Shown piece after piece: positions 38,456 to 51,720 of a DNA stretch of 64,000 bases (position 1 is its first letter; each line of letters starts with the position of its first letter). The notes below the pieces were generated by a model. The model ran no database searches, was not told the DNA's origin, and saw only the letters and a program-made list of their open reading frames with translations. The DNA comes from Lama glama (Eukaryota), in NCBI GenBank assembly GCA_028534125.1, contig CM052816.1, forward strand, positions 99,078,001 through 99,142,000, read 5' to 3'. Both the position numbers and the translations under genes were made by a program.

Positions 38456-39309
38456 TGACCTTGTGGAACAAGGAGCATCTTGCAGTGAGAGAAAGCAAAG
38501 AAGAACTCAAAAAAAGAATGACAAAGGTATGTCATAGGGACACAGAAACAGGAGCCAAATGACAAAGCTGCCAATGGCCAAATCTTGAACAATTAAGAAA
38601 ATAAAGTCTTGGATTATAATACAAAATACAAAATAAATATCCATGGGTCCCTACTGGTATAGATAAATAATTAAATAAATAAGCAAATAAATGAGAGAGA
38701 ACTCCAACAATTTATGCATTTACTCTCCCCCTACTCTTAAGTGTGGGCTGTTGTAATAACTACAGTAGAGAGACCTGACAAACACTAACTCCACTGAATG
38801 ATCATTATTAATGTCAACAGTTGCAAGTCATACTAATAGTGAATACCTTTAGTAAGATGTGGTAAAAAATACACATCTCTATTGTTTTCTTCCACAAAAC
38901 ACATGACCCTACTCTCATTATGGAAGAAACATTTGTATTTCTCAAATAGATATATTCTATTTGAGGATATTATACAAAATACTTGACCTGTATTCCTCAA
39001 GACTGTCAAGAACTTAAAAAAAAAGAAAAACAAGGACAATCTGATAAGCTATCACCATTAAGAGGAATCTATGAAGACAGGACATGATGACTAAATGTAA
39101 TGTGGGATCCTGACTGGGATCTCAGAATAGAAAAGAGTAGGTGAAACCAAAGAAATCTGAATGCAGTATGGACTCTAGTTAATTATGAAACATCATTATG
39201 TGTTCATCGACTCAAGAAATCACCCTATACTAATATAATAAGAGAGGAAACTTGTTTGGGGATATGGGATGTCACTATACTATCTTCACAATGTTATTTT
39301 TTTAAAGTT

Positions 39310-40870
39310 ATTATAATTGTATTCAATGGAAGATATACAAAGGACTTAAATCAAGCTTCTAATGATCTAAACTACATTGTGTGAGAGAAAAATACCCTGA
39401 GTAGAGTGAAAAACAGATATAACATTGCAGAATAAAAGACAAATAAACTTTAAAGGAGAGCAATTGAAACTACCACAACTTAAGCACAGAGAGAAAAGAG
39501 AATCAAGAGAAATGAGAAGAGAACCAGTGTTCTGTGGGACAACACCAGCTAGCTGGGCAGAAGTATAGCTCACACTCTCAGAAGGGGGGAGAGAAATGGA
39601 AGACAGAACAAAAAACTGAAACAATAATGGCTGATTTTTTTTCAAATTTGATGCAAACTATAAACTACCAGATACAAGAATCTCAGTGAACATCAAGTGC
39701 AAGAAACATGAGGAAAATACACCAAGGTACCATGATCAAATTTCTCCAAACTAGTGATGAAGAGGAAATATCATAAGCAGCCACGGGAGGAAAACTAAAG
39801 CTTATGCAGAGACACATGGAAGCGTGAGGACAGACTTCCCCTCAGAATCAGTGCCTGCAAGAAGAGAGTGGTGCAACAACTTGAAGTGTTGAATGAAAAA
39901 TAAAAAAGTTAAAGACAAATTATATAAAAAGGGGAAATGAAGACATGGCCAGACACACAAAGGATGAAAGAGCTCATCGCTGGTAAATGCGAACTATTGG
40001 AAATGTTAAAAGGAGTCCTTCAGGCAGGAGAAAAGTGATATCTGGTGAAATGCAAATTCACACAAAGGAATGGAGACCCCTGGAAATCATAACCACATCT
40101 ATAAGTACATAAGAGTTTTTCTCTTTATCCAACTTAATTGTTTATATAAAAATAACAACAATATTGAATGGGATTTATAACACATACAAAATTAAGCGTG
40201 TGACAAAATTAACATAAAAGCCAGTCAGAAAAAACCTGCAGCATAGTACTGTAAGTGTTTTTATATTCTATATGAAGTCATATACTACTATTTGAAGATA
40301 GATAGTGGTAAATTTAAGATACACACTCTGAACCCTGTGGTAACCACTAAAACAAAAGTATAGTAAGAGTTATTGCTCTTAAGTGTACACAAAGATAAAT
40401 GATACTGCAAACCATACTAAATAATCCAAAAATGGCAGAAAAATAGAAAAAAATGACAAAGAAAATGTAGGGGGAAGTATAAAGAAAACAGTAGACTGAA
40501 ACTTAACCATATTAGTAATCACATTAAATATAAATGGTCTAAACCTCCTATTAAAAGGCAGAGATTGTTATATTTGATAAAAAAGCATGACAAATATTTT
40601 CAGCCTGCAAGACAAGGGCTTTAAATATAAAGGTACACATACATTAAAAGTAAGAAGTTGAAAAACAAAATATAGGTCAATAATAATTTTAAAAAGCTGA
40701 TTTGACTATACTAACCTGAAACAATGTAGTTTTCAAAGCAAATATATATATGCAACCAGGGAAAAATAAGGACATTTCCTAATGGCAAAGGAGTCTATTC
40801 ATCAAAAAGAGATTACAAAATATAAATGTTTATTCACCTAATAACAGAGCATCCTAAAACATGAAATGTG
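39310..40870 (+). mobile_element. L1M ORF1 to ORF2 endonuclease region
   Basis: gatacaagaatctcagtgaac, aaatgttaaaaggagtccttcaggcag, taatcacattaaatataaatggtctaaac. Confidence 0.8.
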
Positions 40871-41404
40871 AGGGTAGGGTCCAAGCACAACCTGATGTCT
40901 CCCCTGTGTTCCCAAGAAAAGCATTATTCCAGGTACAGGATGTGCTGGCCAGCTCACAAATCACATTGCATGCAAAGAGCTCAGAGTGCAGTCAGTATAT
41001 CCCTGCTCCCTCTGCACTGGGTGCATGCAAACGTTTCTCAAAACTGCTTAGCTATGCATGTATCCATGGCCCTCAGGCATGCCCTCAGCTTTTTGTGTCT
41101 TAGATCACACTGGGCAAGTGGTGGGGTTCCTTCTACTGTAGCATGAATTGGGGTGTGCACAAACACATCACCAGCATCAGCTACAGACTGCATCCCTTTG
41201 CTGTGGGGGCAGACACATTGCAAGGGGCTGGATCTTGAATACTTCCCCCCTCTTCTTGCTGTAAGTCAGCATGCAGCACTTGATTTTCAGTGCCCTTGAA
41301 TCAGGCATAGTTCCTTCTCTGGGTTGTCATTTTCTGCCTTTTGTCCTTGATCACATTCACATTCTTGTCTATCCTGCATGCAGTATAGCATGGCCACCTA
41401 GTGA

Positions 41405-42125
41405 AATATCTTAAGTCTTCCAAATCCATGAGCAACACACATCTTTCATCTACTTAGGTCTCCTTTAATTTCTCTCATCAAGTTTTACAGAGTTCAGTAT
41501 ACAGAGCTTGCAGGTCTTCTATAATTTTATCCCTAAGTAGTTCATATACTTGTAATGTTATAAATCCTGCTTTTAAATGTTTAAATTTCAGATGGTTTGT
41601 GGTTAGAATGTAGAATTGCTTTTCACACATTTCATTCTTATATGCAATTGCCTTGATAAATCCAATTATTATTTCTCTTATTTTTTGTAGATCCCATCAG
41701 ATTTCTATGTTGACAATCATGATGTCTGAGAATAAAGATGATTTTTTTTTGCTTCCAATCTGGACAGCTTTTATTTATTTATTCTTTTGTTCTTATTGCA
41801 CTAGCTGAAAGTTTCAGCACAAATTTGAACAGAAGTAGCGAGAGCAGGCAACCTCTTCTTGTTTCTGATCTGAGAAAGGAAGCACACATTTTTCCAGCAT
41901 TAAGTGTGCTGTTCACTGTATGTTTTCTGTAGATGTCATTTCAAGTTCAGGATGTCACCTTCTCTCTCTAGTGTGCCAGGAGTATTTATCAGTAATGAAT
42001 ATTAAATATGGTCAAATAATTTTTCTGTTTTTATGGAGGTGACATATGGTTTCTGTCTATTTGTTTTACCAATCGTTGAAGAAGGGTATTGACTCTGAAT
42101 ATAATTATGTATTTGTCTATTTTTC
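41405..42125 (-). mobile_element. L1M ORF2 fragment
   Basis: tcttattgcactagctg...gaacagaagtagcgagagcaggcaacctcttcttgtttctgatct. Confidence 0.75.
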
Positions 42126-42477
42126 CACATTCAAATGTTGAAGTCCTAATTCCCAGGCCCTCAGAATGTGGCTGCATGGAGACAGGCCTTTAAATAGGTA
42201 ATTAAGGTAAAGCCAAGTCATATGGTTAGCCTAATCTTATGACCACTGTCATTGTAAGAAGCAGAGACTGGGGCACAGACAACACAGACTGAGCGGGTCC
42301 ATGTGAGGACACGGGGAGATGCCATCTGCAAGCCAAGGAGAGAGGCCTCAGGAGAAGTTAAACCTGCAGACACCTCGATCGTGGACTTTCCAGCCTCCAG
42401 AACCGTGAGAAAAACCCTTCTGCTGTTTAAGCCACTCAGGCTGTGGTATTTTCTATGATCACCAGCAAACCAACACA
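42126..42477 (+). mobile_element. MLT1B-like LTR
   Basis: gttgaagtcctaa...gccatctgcaagccaaggagagaggcctcagg...ccagcctccagaaccgtgagaaa...gtttaagccac. Confidence 0.85.
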
Positions 42478-44909
42478 GATATTAATAGGCAAAAATCAGA
42501 ACAAAAACCAAACAAAAACTCCCCAATCTGTACCTCATATCATATACAAAATTAGTTCAAAACAAATCACAGATTTAAATATAAAATGTAAAACTATAAA
42601 GTGTACAGCAGAAAACACAGGGGAACAATTTTTTTAATCTTGGGTTAACAAAGATTTATTTTTTTTCCTTAAGCTGTGATACCAAATACACTATAGCTCA
42701 AAACCTCCACATTGGATGACATTCTTATTCTATATTGAAACGTTGAATTAAGAGGTCACAGTCCGGATAGAAAATCAACTTTGTTTTAAAAATGATGATG
42801 AGTTGAAAGAGAAATTCCAAATGTATAAGCATGTTGCTTGCATCCTAGTGTCAAGCCATCGAGTGACATTTCAGCTAGATAGGAGACACTGTTAGTTGAA
42901 AGTAATTTTGCATTTTACAATGTTTCACATAATTGACTTTTAAAAAGCTTTCTTCAAAAGGAGCAAATTATGGGGGCACTGAGAGTGGCAAAATATGCTA
43001 CAAAATTCTAAGTTCTATTAAAGAGATTCTAGGAGAATCCAAGATCTTTCTGAAGATTCATTATCTCTGGGGAATTTTAACTTCAAATCTCAATGCTAAA
43101 TGTATAAACAAACAAATTTTATACTTATATGATAGAAAATGTATAGACATTAAAGACATGATATTCCTAAATGGGGAATCATTTCAATAAATTATCTAAC
43201 ATGAAATAGCATTATGCTGCGCTATACATATATCGTGTATATATATTTAGCAAAATACAGTGTATGTGTGTATGTACGATGGTACACTGCATATACACAC
43301 GCAGCAATAAGTGAGCAATAACATGGTGTTAAAGAATGTGGCTTTTAAATATTTATACTCTAAATAAACAGGGATGATTTTCATTCATTCCAACATGTAG
43401 GAAAAGAATCTTGCTACCACGACTTACAGTTCATTTACAATCTGTTGATAGGTTGTTCTGAATGAAAATAAACATCTCTCCAAACAGCTTGGCTGTTTGC
43501 TACAGAAAATTGTAAAGGCAAGCATCATAGGGCTTAGTAGATTTATAAAACTGGATGTGGCAAAGTAAATGGGTTTTAATCCCTCTATGACTTGAGTCAT
43601 AAGTGCTGCTTTAATTCAGGGGCCTTTTGCCTTTGGGTCCCTGTCTTCTGTGAACATCCCCTGTCAGCAGTAATGCCATGTAGATGAGCAAGGCTGAGCC
43701 TCTCCCTCGCATCTCTGCTAATCCTCTCCCATTCTTCTAATCATACTACACAGAAGCCAATATCTATTTTCATCAGGCAGATAGGATCTCTTAAGGAATT
43801 AAAGAGGTTTCCACTTAGTTCTAAGGTGGGCAAGGACATGGCTGTGATCTGGGGCTTTAGGGGTTTCTCATTATGCACTGCAGCTTGCTGGATCGAAGGG
43901 CTGAGTTCTGGCTACTGGATTTTTAATCCTCTTGTGGTTAGGGTTAGAACTTCCAGTTATTAAGATCTTTGATTACTCAGCACTTGGCTTTTGATGGAGT
44001 GAACTTCTAAAGACAGCACAGGACTGTGATTTAAGTTAGCAGTTTTAAGGTAACTACTGGAAAAAATAGATAGGAAAAACCCTGTGATTAAGCTACACTG
44101 TCCCTTTTTAATTGACTTTCTGACGTTATCTGATGCTTGACTCTTCATGTGCCAAAAGAAAAAGAAAATAAACTGAGTGAGTGAATTTAACGTTTTCCCC
44201 TAAGGGGACAAAATTCAATGAAATTTGCAAGATTCTTGGCAATAGTGAGACTGAGAGAGACTTGGCTTTGACCAAAGTAGTGATTGACACAAAGAGGATG
44301 TCATATGAAAAAGATAAGGCGGGTTTCCACCAGTGTGTACAGATGCCCTCTGTTGATTATTTAAGTCTTAGGGGAAAAAAAAATAGAAACAAGGCTACCA
44401 CAGTAAACTCGTCTAGACAGAGTGTGCAATTTTTTAGTAAAAATATGCTATGAATAGAAATATTTTTGTACTGGTTAACGTAATTCAGGCAAAATAACCT
44501 GGAATGTCTCTCTATGTAACATGAAGAAGTAATGAGCCCTGGTCTCTCTGGCCAGGTCCTGGAAGGAAGTTACACGTATAGTCTGATTTCATTCAGACTT
44601 TGATATGATAGGAAACCCAGAGGACGCAGAATCCATGAAAATAGCAGCTCTTCACTCCTGAGCACGGATTGCTGCGGATGTGTGCCAGGAGTGCTAACTG
44701 GTCTCAGGGAGAGCCCCCAATGTTTTTTGTCATATCCTGTGCACCCCCACCGCCCACATAGACACACACATCCCCTTCCTCTCTTGGCTCTTTCCTGGTT
44801 AGGAATTACAGACAGGGTGCACCCAAACTGGGGTGCAGGAGCATTAACCCACAGCTCCTCTGCTGCGAGTTACCTGCACCGAGAAGCTGCGTGCCCAGCT
44901 ATGTGAAAA

Positions 44910-44924
44910 CTGCTCTCTAGTGGA
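44910..44924 (-). promoter_or_regulatory. CTCF-like motif
   Basis: Reverse complement tCCACTAGAGAGCAG versus CCACTAGAGGGCAG, one mismatch. Confidence 0.3.
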
Positions 44925-45329
44925 CCAGGGAGGTGGAAACAAGATGACTCTCAATTTTTGATGTCAGTCTACAGTAACTATCAATATAAAAGAAGACAAG
45001 GAGGCAAGTGAAACCCTAGTTATGGTCAAGAATGAGTCGAGCTGAGGAGGAAGGTGGTGGGAATGAAATGTGAAAATCTAAGACTAGCACTGTCTAAGTG
45101 GTACATTTTGTTTCCACTGGACGTCAGTTCTCGGCATCTGACATTGATGGAGTCTTTGCACCGTAAAGCACATTTTGTGGCCTACGACATAGTGCCTGAC
45201 GCCTCACTTCTGGTGGCGCCCACAACAGACGGAAGGGAAGCCCAGCTTTCAGAAACGGTGGATTGTCTCACGTGTGACAATTCTTCCACACGTGATGATG
45301 AACTCTAGGGTAAAACATGTAGAACCATT

Positions 45330-46385
45330 GTCTGAAGTCACGGGGAGAGATCAAAATCAGAAAGAAACAGGAACGGAGTTGACACTTGAATGGAGTAAAT
45401 GGTTGTGAGTGAGGGGCCATTTTTTTGTTTTCAGTTTGTTTGTTTGTTTTACAGGTTTTTACCCAAGAAGCATCTCCAGTGAGTGCCACCTTATGGAAAA
45501 GATAAAAATTGGACAGAAATTGGCAATAATACTGGCTTGAGAAATCAGATAACAGAGTTCAGGGGTACCACAGCCAGAGGAAAATGAGGAGGGAAGTCCC
45601 AGAATAGAAAGAACCAGAGAGTGTGGTCCAGATACATGGGCCAGAGATGCAAAACGGGTGTTTCAAATCTTACTCCTGACCTACATGTGTGTGTGGTGCA
45701 ATCCAAGTGGCTCAGCTAAGGATAAGCGAACTGGACAAGGAGAACATTCATTGTCTGTGCAGGAGGACAGAGCTTTAAATTTGCTTACTGCAGTTAGTTG
45801 TCTGCTAATGCCAAAATTTAATGCTATCCAGAGCAATATAACAGAATCCACAGTCTCTACAACATAAGTTTACAATGTCTATAATGAAATAAAAAATGGA
45901 TAGGCATGCAGATGTGAGGTAAAATGTGGCCTATACCCACACACAGACAGAAATTAATCAATGCAAAATAGCTGCAAGGTGGCTCAGATGTCAGAATTGG
46001 CAATTTCAAAGTCATTTTTTAAAACTATTCTCTAGCATGTAGAAGAAAATATAGTCAAAATGAAGTCACAAAATGTCATTAGAAAAGTAGAAGCTATAAA
46101 ACAGAATCAAATGAAAATGCATGAACCGAATAATAGAGTATTTAAAATTTAAGCAAAATTACTAGACAAGTCTTACATCAAAATAAAGATACTAGAAGAA
46201 AATAGCAAAACTGCTTAAGAGCACAGACTAAACAAATTGTAGAAAACTAAATTAAGCCTCAGTGCTCTTGGGGGCAATAGCAAGAAATCTAATATGTGCA
46301 ATAGGAATCTGAGGAAAAGGGGATGGAGCAGAACATATATTTGAAGACATAATGGCCAAATATTTTCAATTATGACAAAGTCTTC
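45330..46385 (+). mobile_element. Old L1M 5'/ORF1 remnant
   Basis: ccagagcaatataacagaatccacagtctctacaacata, gctcagatgtcagaattggca, atatttgaagacataatggcc. Confidence 0.65.
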
Positions 46386-46389
46386 AAGT

Positions 46390-47430
46390 TTAGGGGTGTT
46401 GCTTTGGAATCAGAAGTGAAAGGCATGCATTAGCACTTTCTCAGGGATGGGAATCTACTTTCTGCCTTGACTCTTGTTTCTGTGACCCAGAGACTGAGCT
46501 GGGCTTTCTAGGAACCCATGGCAAATGCTAGTCTCTCCTGGTTCCAGTGACTTGAGCCAGCTCATCAGTAAATATATTATGTGTGTGTGTGTGTGTGTTT
46601 GAAGTTCTGGAGCTGAGGATGCCTACAAAAGCAGGTCAGGATGTCAGGATATAAGTTTGGAAAGGCATTTTTGTAATTTGGGCCCTGACCGTGGGGAAAT
46701 GTGTCCTGCCAATAGGTTTGAAAGTTAACCTCATTGAAATGTGGACTATCAACACACTTAATGAAGATAATGTCATCAAACATGAAGTTTTAGACAAAGC
46801 ACTTCTGGCAGCGTTTTGGAATATGAATTAAAGTGTGGTTGATCTCTAGGAAGGTTATCAGCACAGGAGCATCAGAATTACTTTGATAAGACATTTTGGC
46901 CAAGGAAACTGAAAAGGAGGAGACAGACTTCAAGTAGGTTTTGAGTTAATGCAAACTGCAAGCCCAGTGTCCGTGGGGAGTACCAGAAGCAGACACATCT
47001 AGAAGTCACAGATGTGCAGATACCAGGTTCGGGCCTAGTAGCAGAAGAAGTTTTTGGGGCATGAGAGGTGGGAGAAGCTGAGGTCGGTGGAGGACACTGG
47101 GATTCTGAGGAATCTGGGAGACTTTATGTGGGGCCATGCGGTAGGCAGTCAGGCAACTGTTCCTGGAGCTCTGCATCCATTAGGGGTAAAGACAATGACT
47201 TCACTGGGTAGAAGTCACACGGGAATAGATGTTAAGTCTCATACAGCGTCTACTGCCAGGGAAAATCACTGAAGATGGGTGTGGGTTTAAAGGCACTTAA
47301 GGGAAATTTAAGGGCACCTTGAGGAAAGTCAGAATAATAGAAACTCCAAAATATCCTGAGAAAGAGACAGGAGGGCATTCAGGGAAGAGAGAATGCTCAG
47401 TCCTTGTAGGTAGTGTGGGGAGGAGAAAAG
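46390..47430 (+). mobile_element. Possible ancient Gypsy-type LTR retroelement relic
   Basis: HEVLDKALLAAF...EGYQHR (46781-46867) is gag/SCAN-like, followed by a DTG triplet near 47093; weak. Confidence 0.25.
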
Positions 47431-47742
47431 GCAGGAGGACAGTGGTCTATGGGTTCAGAGCTCGGACAGACATTGGAAAGGCAGAAGATCGTGGCCTTGC
47501 ATCAAAGTCACAAAAATTCTTTGAGAGAACATTATCTCCCCAAAGAAACAGTGGTGGAAGGAACACACTTTAGTCGGTTTAAGAAGAAGACGTGTGGTAG
47601 CTCCTGTGGACTTCTGAGTCACCTGTTTGAAGCGTTCTATTGAACATTTCAGCACGTCTACTGCTGGATAGGGGGTCATTCATGTTAAGATTCTAGGGTC
47701 ACAGTGGGTCACTTTTAGTGCATGTCTTTGGAGAAATATCAC

Positions 47743-48268
47743 TTGGGGCAGTAGCCAACCTGCCAGATGACCCCGATGATTCTCACCTCCTGGTGTTTCT
47801 AGCCCATATCAGTTATCCACAATGATTGGAATGATATCTGTATTCAGCAGTAAATTAAAGATATAATAGAATCGAGCTTCAGAAGGTAGGTTGCATAAGA
47901 GATGGTGGCTTTGGCCTTATGCTCCCTTGAGTCAATTGCTTTGGGGGCAGCCAGCAGCCATGTCACGAAGACACGCACAATGTCTGTATGAAGAGGACGA
48001 AGGACCCCTGCTCACAGCCAGTAGCAGCTTGTCAGGTGGGGGGAAGCCATGTTGGAAGTCCGTCCACAGCCCCATCAAGACTTCTGGTGACTTCATCCCA
48101 CCCAGCATCCTGACTACAGTCTCCTGATAGAGCTGAACCGGAATTGCCCAAAGCCTTGATGCACAGAAACTGGGTGAGATGATAAGTGATGACTCTTGTT
48201 AAAAAAAAAAAAAAAAGTGATGACTCTTGTTTTAGGTTCTTACATGTTGGTGTAACTTCTTATGCATC
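47743..48268 (+). mobile_element. MLT1F-like LTR
   Basis: agatgaccccgatgattctcacctcctggtg, gcagccagcagccatgt, gccatgttggaagt, cacagaaactgggtgagatgataa. Confidence 0.75.
48184..48231 (+). mobile_element. Solo poly(A) retro-insertion with 17-bp TSD
   Basis: aagtgatgactcttgtt (48184-48200), A run, aagtgatgactcttgtt (48215-48231). Confidence 0.8.
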
Positions 48269-48308
48269 AAAAAAACAAAAACAAAAACAAAAAACAAAAA
48301 CAAAAAAA
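48269..48308. repeat. (CAAAAA)n simple repeat
   Basis: Seen directly. Confidence 0.9.
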
Positions 48309-50386
48309 CTGACATCTATGCCTCTATATTATCTTCCCACTATTTCCTGTTATTATTTTTTATAGAATCTTCTGATTAAGGATCATACTCAACAATTCAT
48401 TTTGTCTTTCACAAAATCACCCTTACCGTATGGATAGGATCTCAGGGCACAAATTGTAGAGTTAAAGGAAAGTCAGATTTGTGGTTTCTGTGCTCACCAT
48501 GGAGTCTCTCTTTTATCTTTCAGCTTCCATCTTAATGTTAATCCTTACACTCAGTGATTCAGATGTCCGCTAGTCAGGACACCTCCCAGGCGTGCGCCAT
48601 GTGGTTCTTTCAGACTCTGGTTTTCATCATTTGAAACGCTGAGCAGGCTGAGCGGAACATAAACTTGCATACAAGTGGCCAATAAAATTACAATTCTTCT
48701 GTGTTTTGAAATCATATTTAACAAAAAAGTTACCCTAAAGTATTATTGTAAGTATGTCTTTAAATCCACTGTACTGTGACATGAAGTAAAGGTCTCGTAA
48801 TACAAATACAGAGATTTTTGCCTCCACCGATGTGGAGAGCACATCCTTTGAGAGTCGGGTTGCCCTGCCTGTGAAATCTGACCCTCTGGGCTTTCTCTGC
48901 CCTGTCAGTGGGTTCCCTTCCCTTTGTCAGCTCTATCGGCACCCTTCCCTTTTCATTCTTCCACAGTGACCCAGCTGCTCTCAAACCCCTAAATGGCTTC
49001 CTTTTTGTCATTTGCTTTAACTCTTGTCTGGACATCAACTTCATATCCCATATTTAATCTCCTTTCACCTGCAGACAACCATCGCGGTGTGTAGCCATTT
49101 AGTATTTCCACAGCTGCTTGTAGCCCTGGAGATGCTTGGGATACAGAAACATCAAATAAAAAATTTAAAAGAATGATGCGCAGAAAACAGGGAAGTGAGT
49201 ATTTATCATACATCTTCCATAGCGAATGGTCATTTTTCTTGTGGGATGTGTGAATAGGAAGTAATACCAAACCCATGGCCGAAGTTGCGACTTCAATTTC
49301 AACTATTCTATAACTTTAATCTCTGCGTGTTGCAATAAAGATGTAGCGTTTAATAAATATTTTTTCTTTTCTTTGCATTATATTTACAACCAATGAAAAA
49401 ATTTTACTCAGAATTTTTTTTTCAGCCTGTAACAAAAATATAAATGAAGTCAGCTGCAATGGAGGGTGATCATACTTTTCCATCTGGATATTGCAGTGAA
49501 GGATCAGTGATCCTAGACGGTGCACTCTTTCATAGCTTTGTAAAAGCATCCTCCAGCACCATGTGATTGTTTTTGAATTTTTCTTGGAATTCTCCACTTG
49601 AAATATTGAACACTTGCCTTCCTCACACTAGACTTCAAGGGATCAACCATCCTCATGACACAGGAAAGACCACAAATCAATAATTCCTTCTTTCCTAGAC
49701 CTGGTACCTCGAAACCTTTCATGTAAATCATGCGAATAGCTGCACTAAAGCAAGGAAGTGCCCATTTATCTGCCTTAATTTATATTGGGTGGCAAGCCGG
49801 GAAAAGTCATGTTTTATCTGAGTGTGCCAGTCACAGCACAGTGACCGTGTGCTATTTCAAAACCTTGACTCATTCATTCCACGTACCGTGTTACTAGAAG
49901 AACCTTGTTTCAAAGTTTGTTCTGCTTCAACTCATAGATGATTTGATTCAATCAATGAGCAAATGTCTTTTTGTGTCTTTTGAGATTTACTAGCATGTTT
50001 CCTCTAATCATTTAATCCACCAACGTCTAGGGCCAATTTAGAAATGAAATTGAACGTCTTCAACCCAGAGCTGAGTCTCCTCTGCACAGGCTGACTCTGG
50101 AGGATGAATTGGAGTGTGATGGATTTCTAAGTAGGTTTTCAATAGAGGAGGTGGTTGGAATCATCTCAGGGAAATATTACGATCAATGGGAATGAGAAGA
50201 CAGAGGCTTCATCACTTCAGCTCTCTGAGTCTCTGCATTGTTATTAAAGGATACACAGCCAATGGTGCTGGACTCAGAAATCTCCTCTCTCTTCATAACC
50301 AGAAGCCCCATAAATGGGGATTTATTTGGAGGAGGGTAGATCACAGGGCCAGACTGAACTAGTCTGTCTTATTTTCGTACCTCCAG

Positions 50387-50490
50387 AATATTAATGATGT
50401 TTTCACGGATTTAGTGATGTTCACCTATGCTCGGATCAGTGGACCTGGTTACAGAGACAGCATTTCAGAATCCTCAGTATTAGACCTTCT
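50387..50490 (+). other. Candidate 104-nt exon
   Basis: gtcttattttcgtacctccAG acceptor and ct|GTAAGT donor; one frame open (NINDVFTDLVMFTYARISGPGYRDSISESSVLDL), not recognised. Confidence 0.25.
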
Positions 50491-51229
50491 GTAAGTATCT
50501 TCTTCAGTAGACACCTGGTTCCCAGCCCCTCACGGTTCCCTGATTAAAAAATAACTTTCTAGATGCGTCTGCAATTTTCTTTACTTAAAATGGAAATTGA
50601 ACTTTTAATTTTTATTTCAGTGCTCTTTCTCTCTCTTTTTTTTTTTTTGCACAGTAAATGAAAACTCAATACCTCTATCCTAGGGAAAGAAGAGTCACTA
50701 ATTGGATCACCTTTGATTTACTTGCTTGTATTCTCCACTCTTTGTGTACTGAAAACAGCTTTGCAAGAGCTGCTCTATTCTTAGGGACAAATTGATTCAC
50801 AAATAGAATTTGGTGGAGAATACAGTGGGAGAGAAGGAGCCAGAGGGAAATTAGAGTGTGAGAGAAGAGCATCAGCAAATTAAGAGAAAGTCAAAAATAA
50901 CTGTGGTGTAGACACTCCTTAATTAAGGAATCGAGGTCTCCTAGGCGGGCACACTACAGTTCTTCACAATTTTCATTATAAAACCAAAGACGTATTAGGA
51001 AAAAATGGGATTTTATAATATGTCTAAAAGGGCTTAGTTAGGAATTTTTCATAAGAATATTAACATCTTTTATTGATCAGTGTATTTTCTGCTCCATCCT
51101 ATGACCCTCTTGTTAGTTATCATTTGCCAGGACTATTGGATCATATTTACCACTTTTCTCACTCTCTTCATCACCATTATCCGCCCCAACCTCCAGCCCA
51201 TTTCTTTCTCCTCTTTGTTATCAGGGCAA

Positions 51230-51720
51230 TTTCCTTAATTCAGTGGGTCATTCATTGGTCTTTCCCAAGCATCTGCCATATATGGTGCACCATTCTAGGT
51301 AACAGAAATTCAGGTAAAAATGATAATTCATCCTCTGACCTCAAGGAAACCCCCAACTAATGGTGCAAACTTCAGGACAACTATGGGGAAGCGTGGTAAG
51401 TACAGGGGAGATAATTCACCTAGCCTGTCGTGGAGAAACGTCGCAGGTGATGCCTGAGCCCTTATCCTAGGGTTAAGGAAGGATGCTCTGGCCTCAGTGC
51501 AGAGAAGACAGAAGGTAGCATGGGCAAGGCAGGGGTGGACCTGAGGGCCAGGACACCTTGGGGATCCCAGGAACGTTTGGGTTGTGAGTTGGGAACAGTG
51601 AGGGACGGAGTTGCAGAGATAGACAGGGTTAGACAATGAAGGGCAGTTGAAGGTCATATTTAAGATCCATTTTGGGGGTGCATAATGTTCTCCTGGAGGA
51701 TTCAACAGAATTTAACAATT
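51230..51720 (-). mobile_element. L2 fragment
   Basis: caagcatctgccatatatggtgcaccattctagg...cctctgacctcaagga. Confidence 0.55.

Larger units (their letters stand above)
35650..39310 (+). mobile_element. L1MC/L1MD-like ORF2 and long 3'UTR
   Basis: gacaaactgattctaaaattcatag, acagaatagagagccc, gactaaatgtaatgtgggatcctg. Confidence 0.8.

Noticed and set aside
43210..43310. Imperfect inverted repeat (ttatgctgcg...cgcagcaataa) suggesting a miRNA or MITE
   Set aside because: Mostly TA/TG simple-repeat self-complementarity
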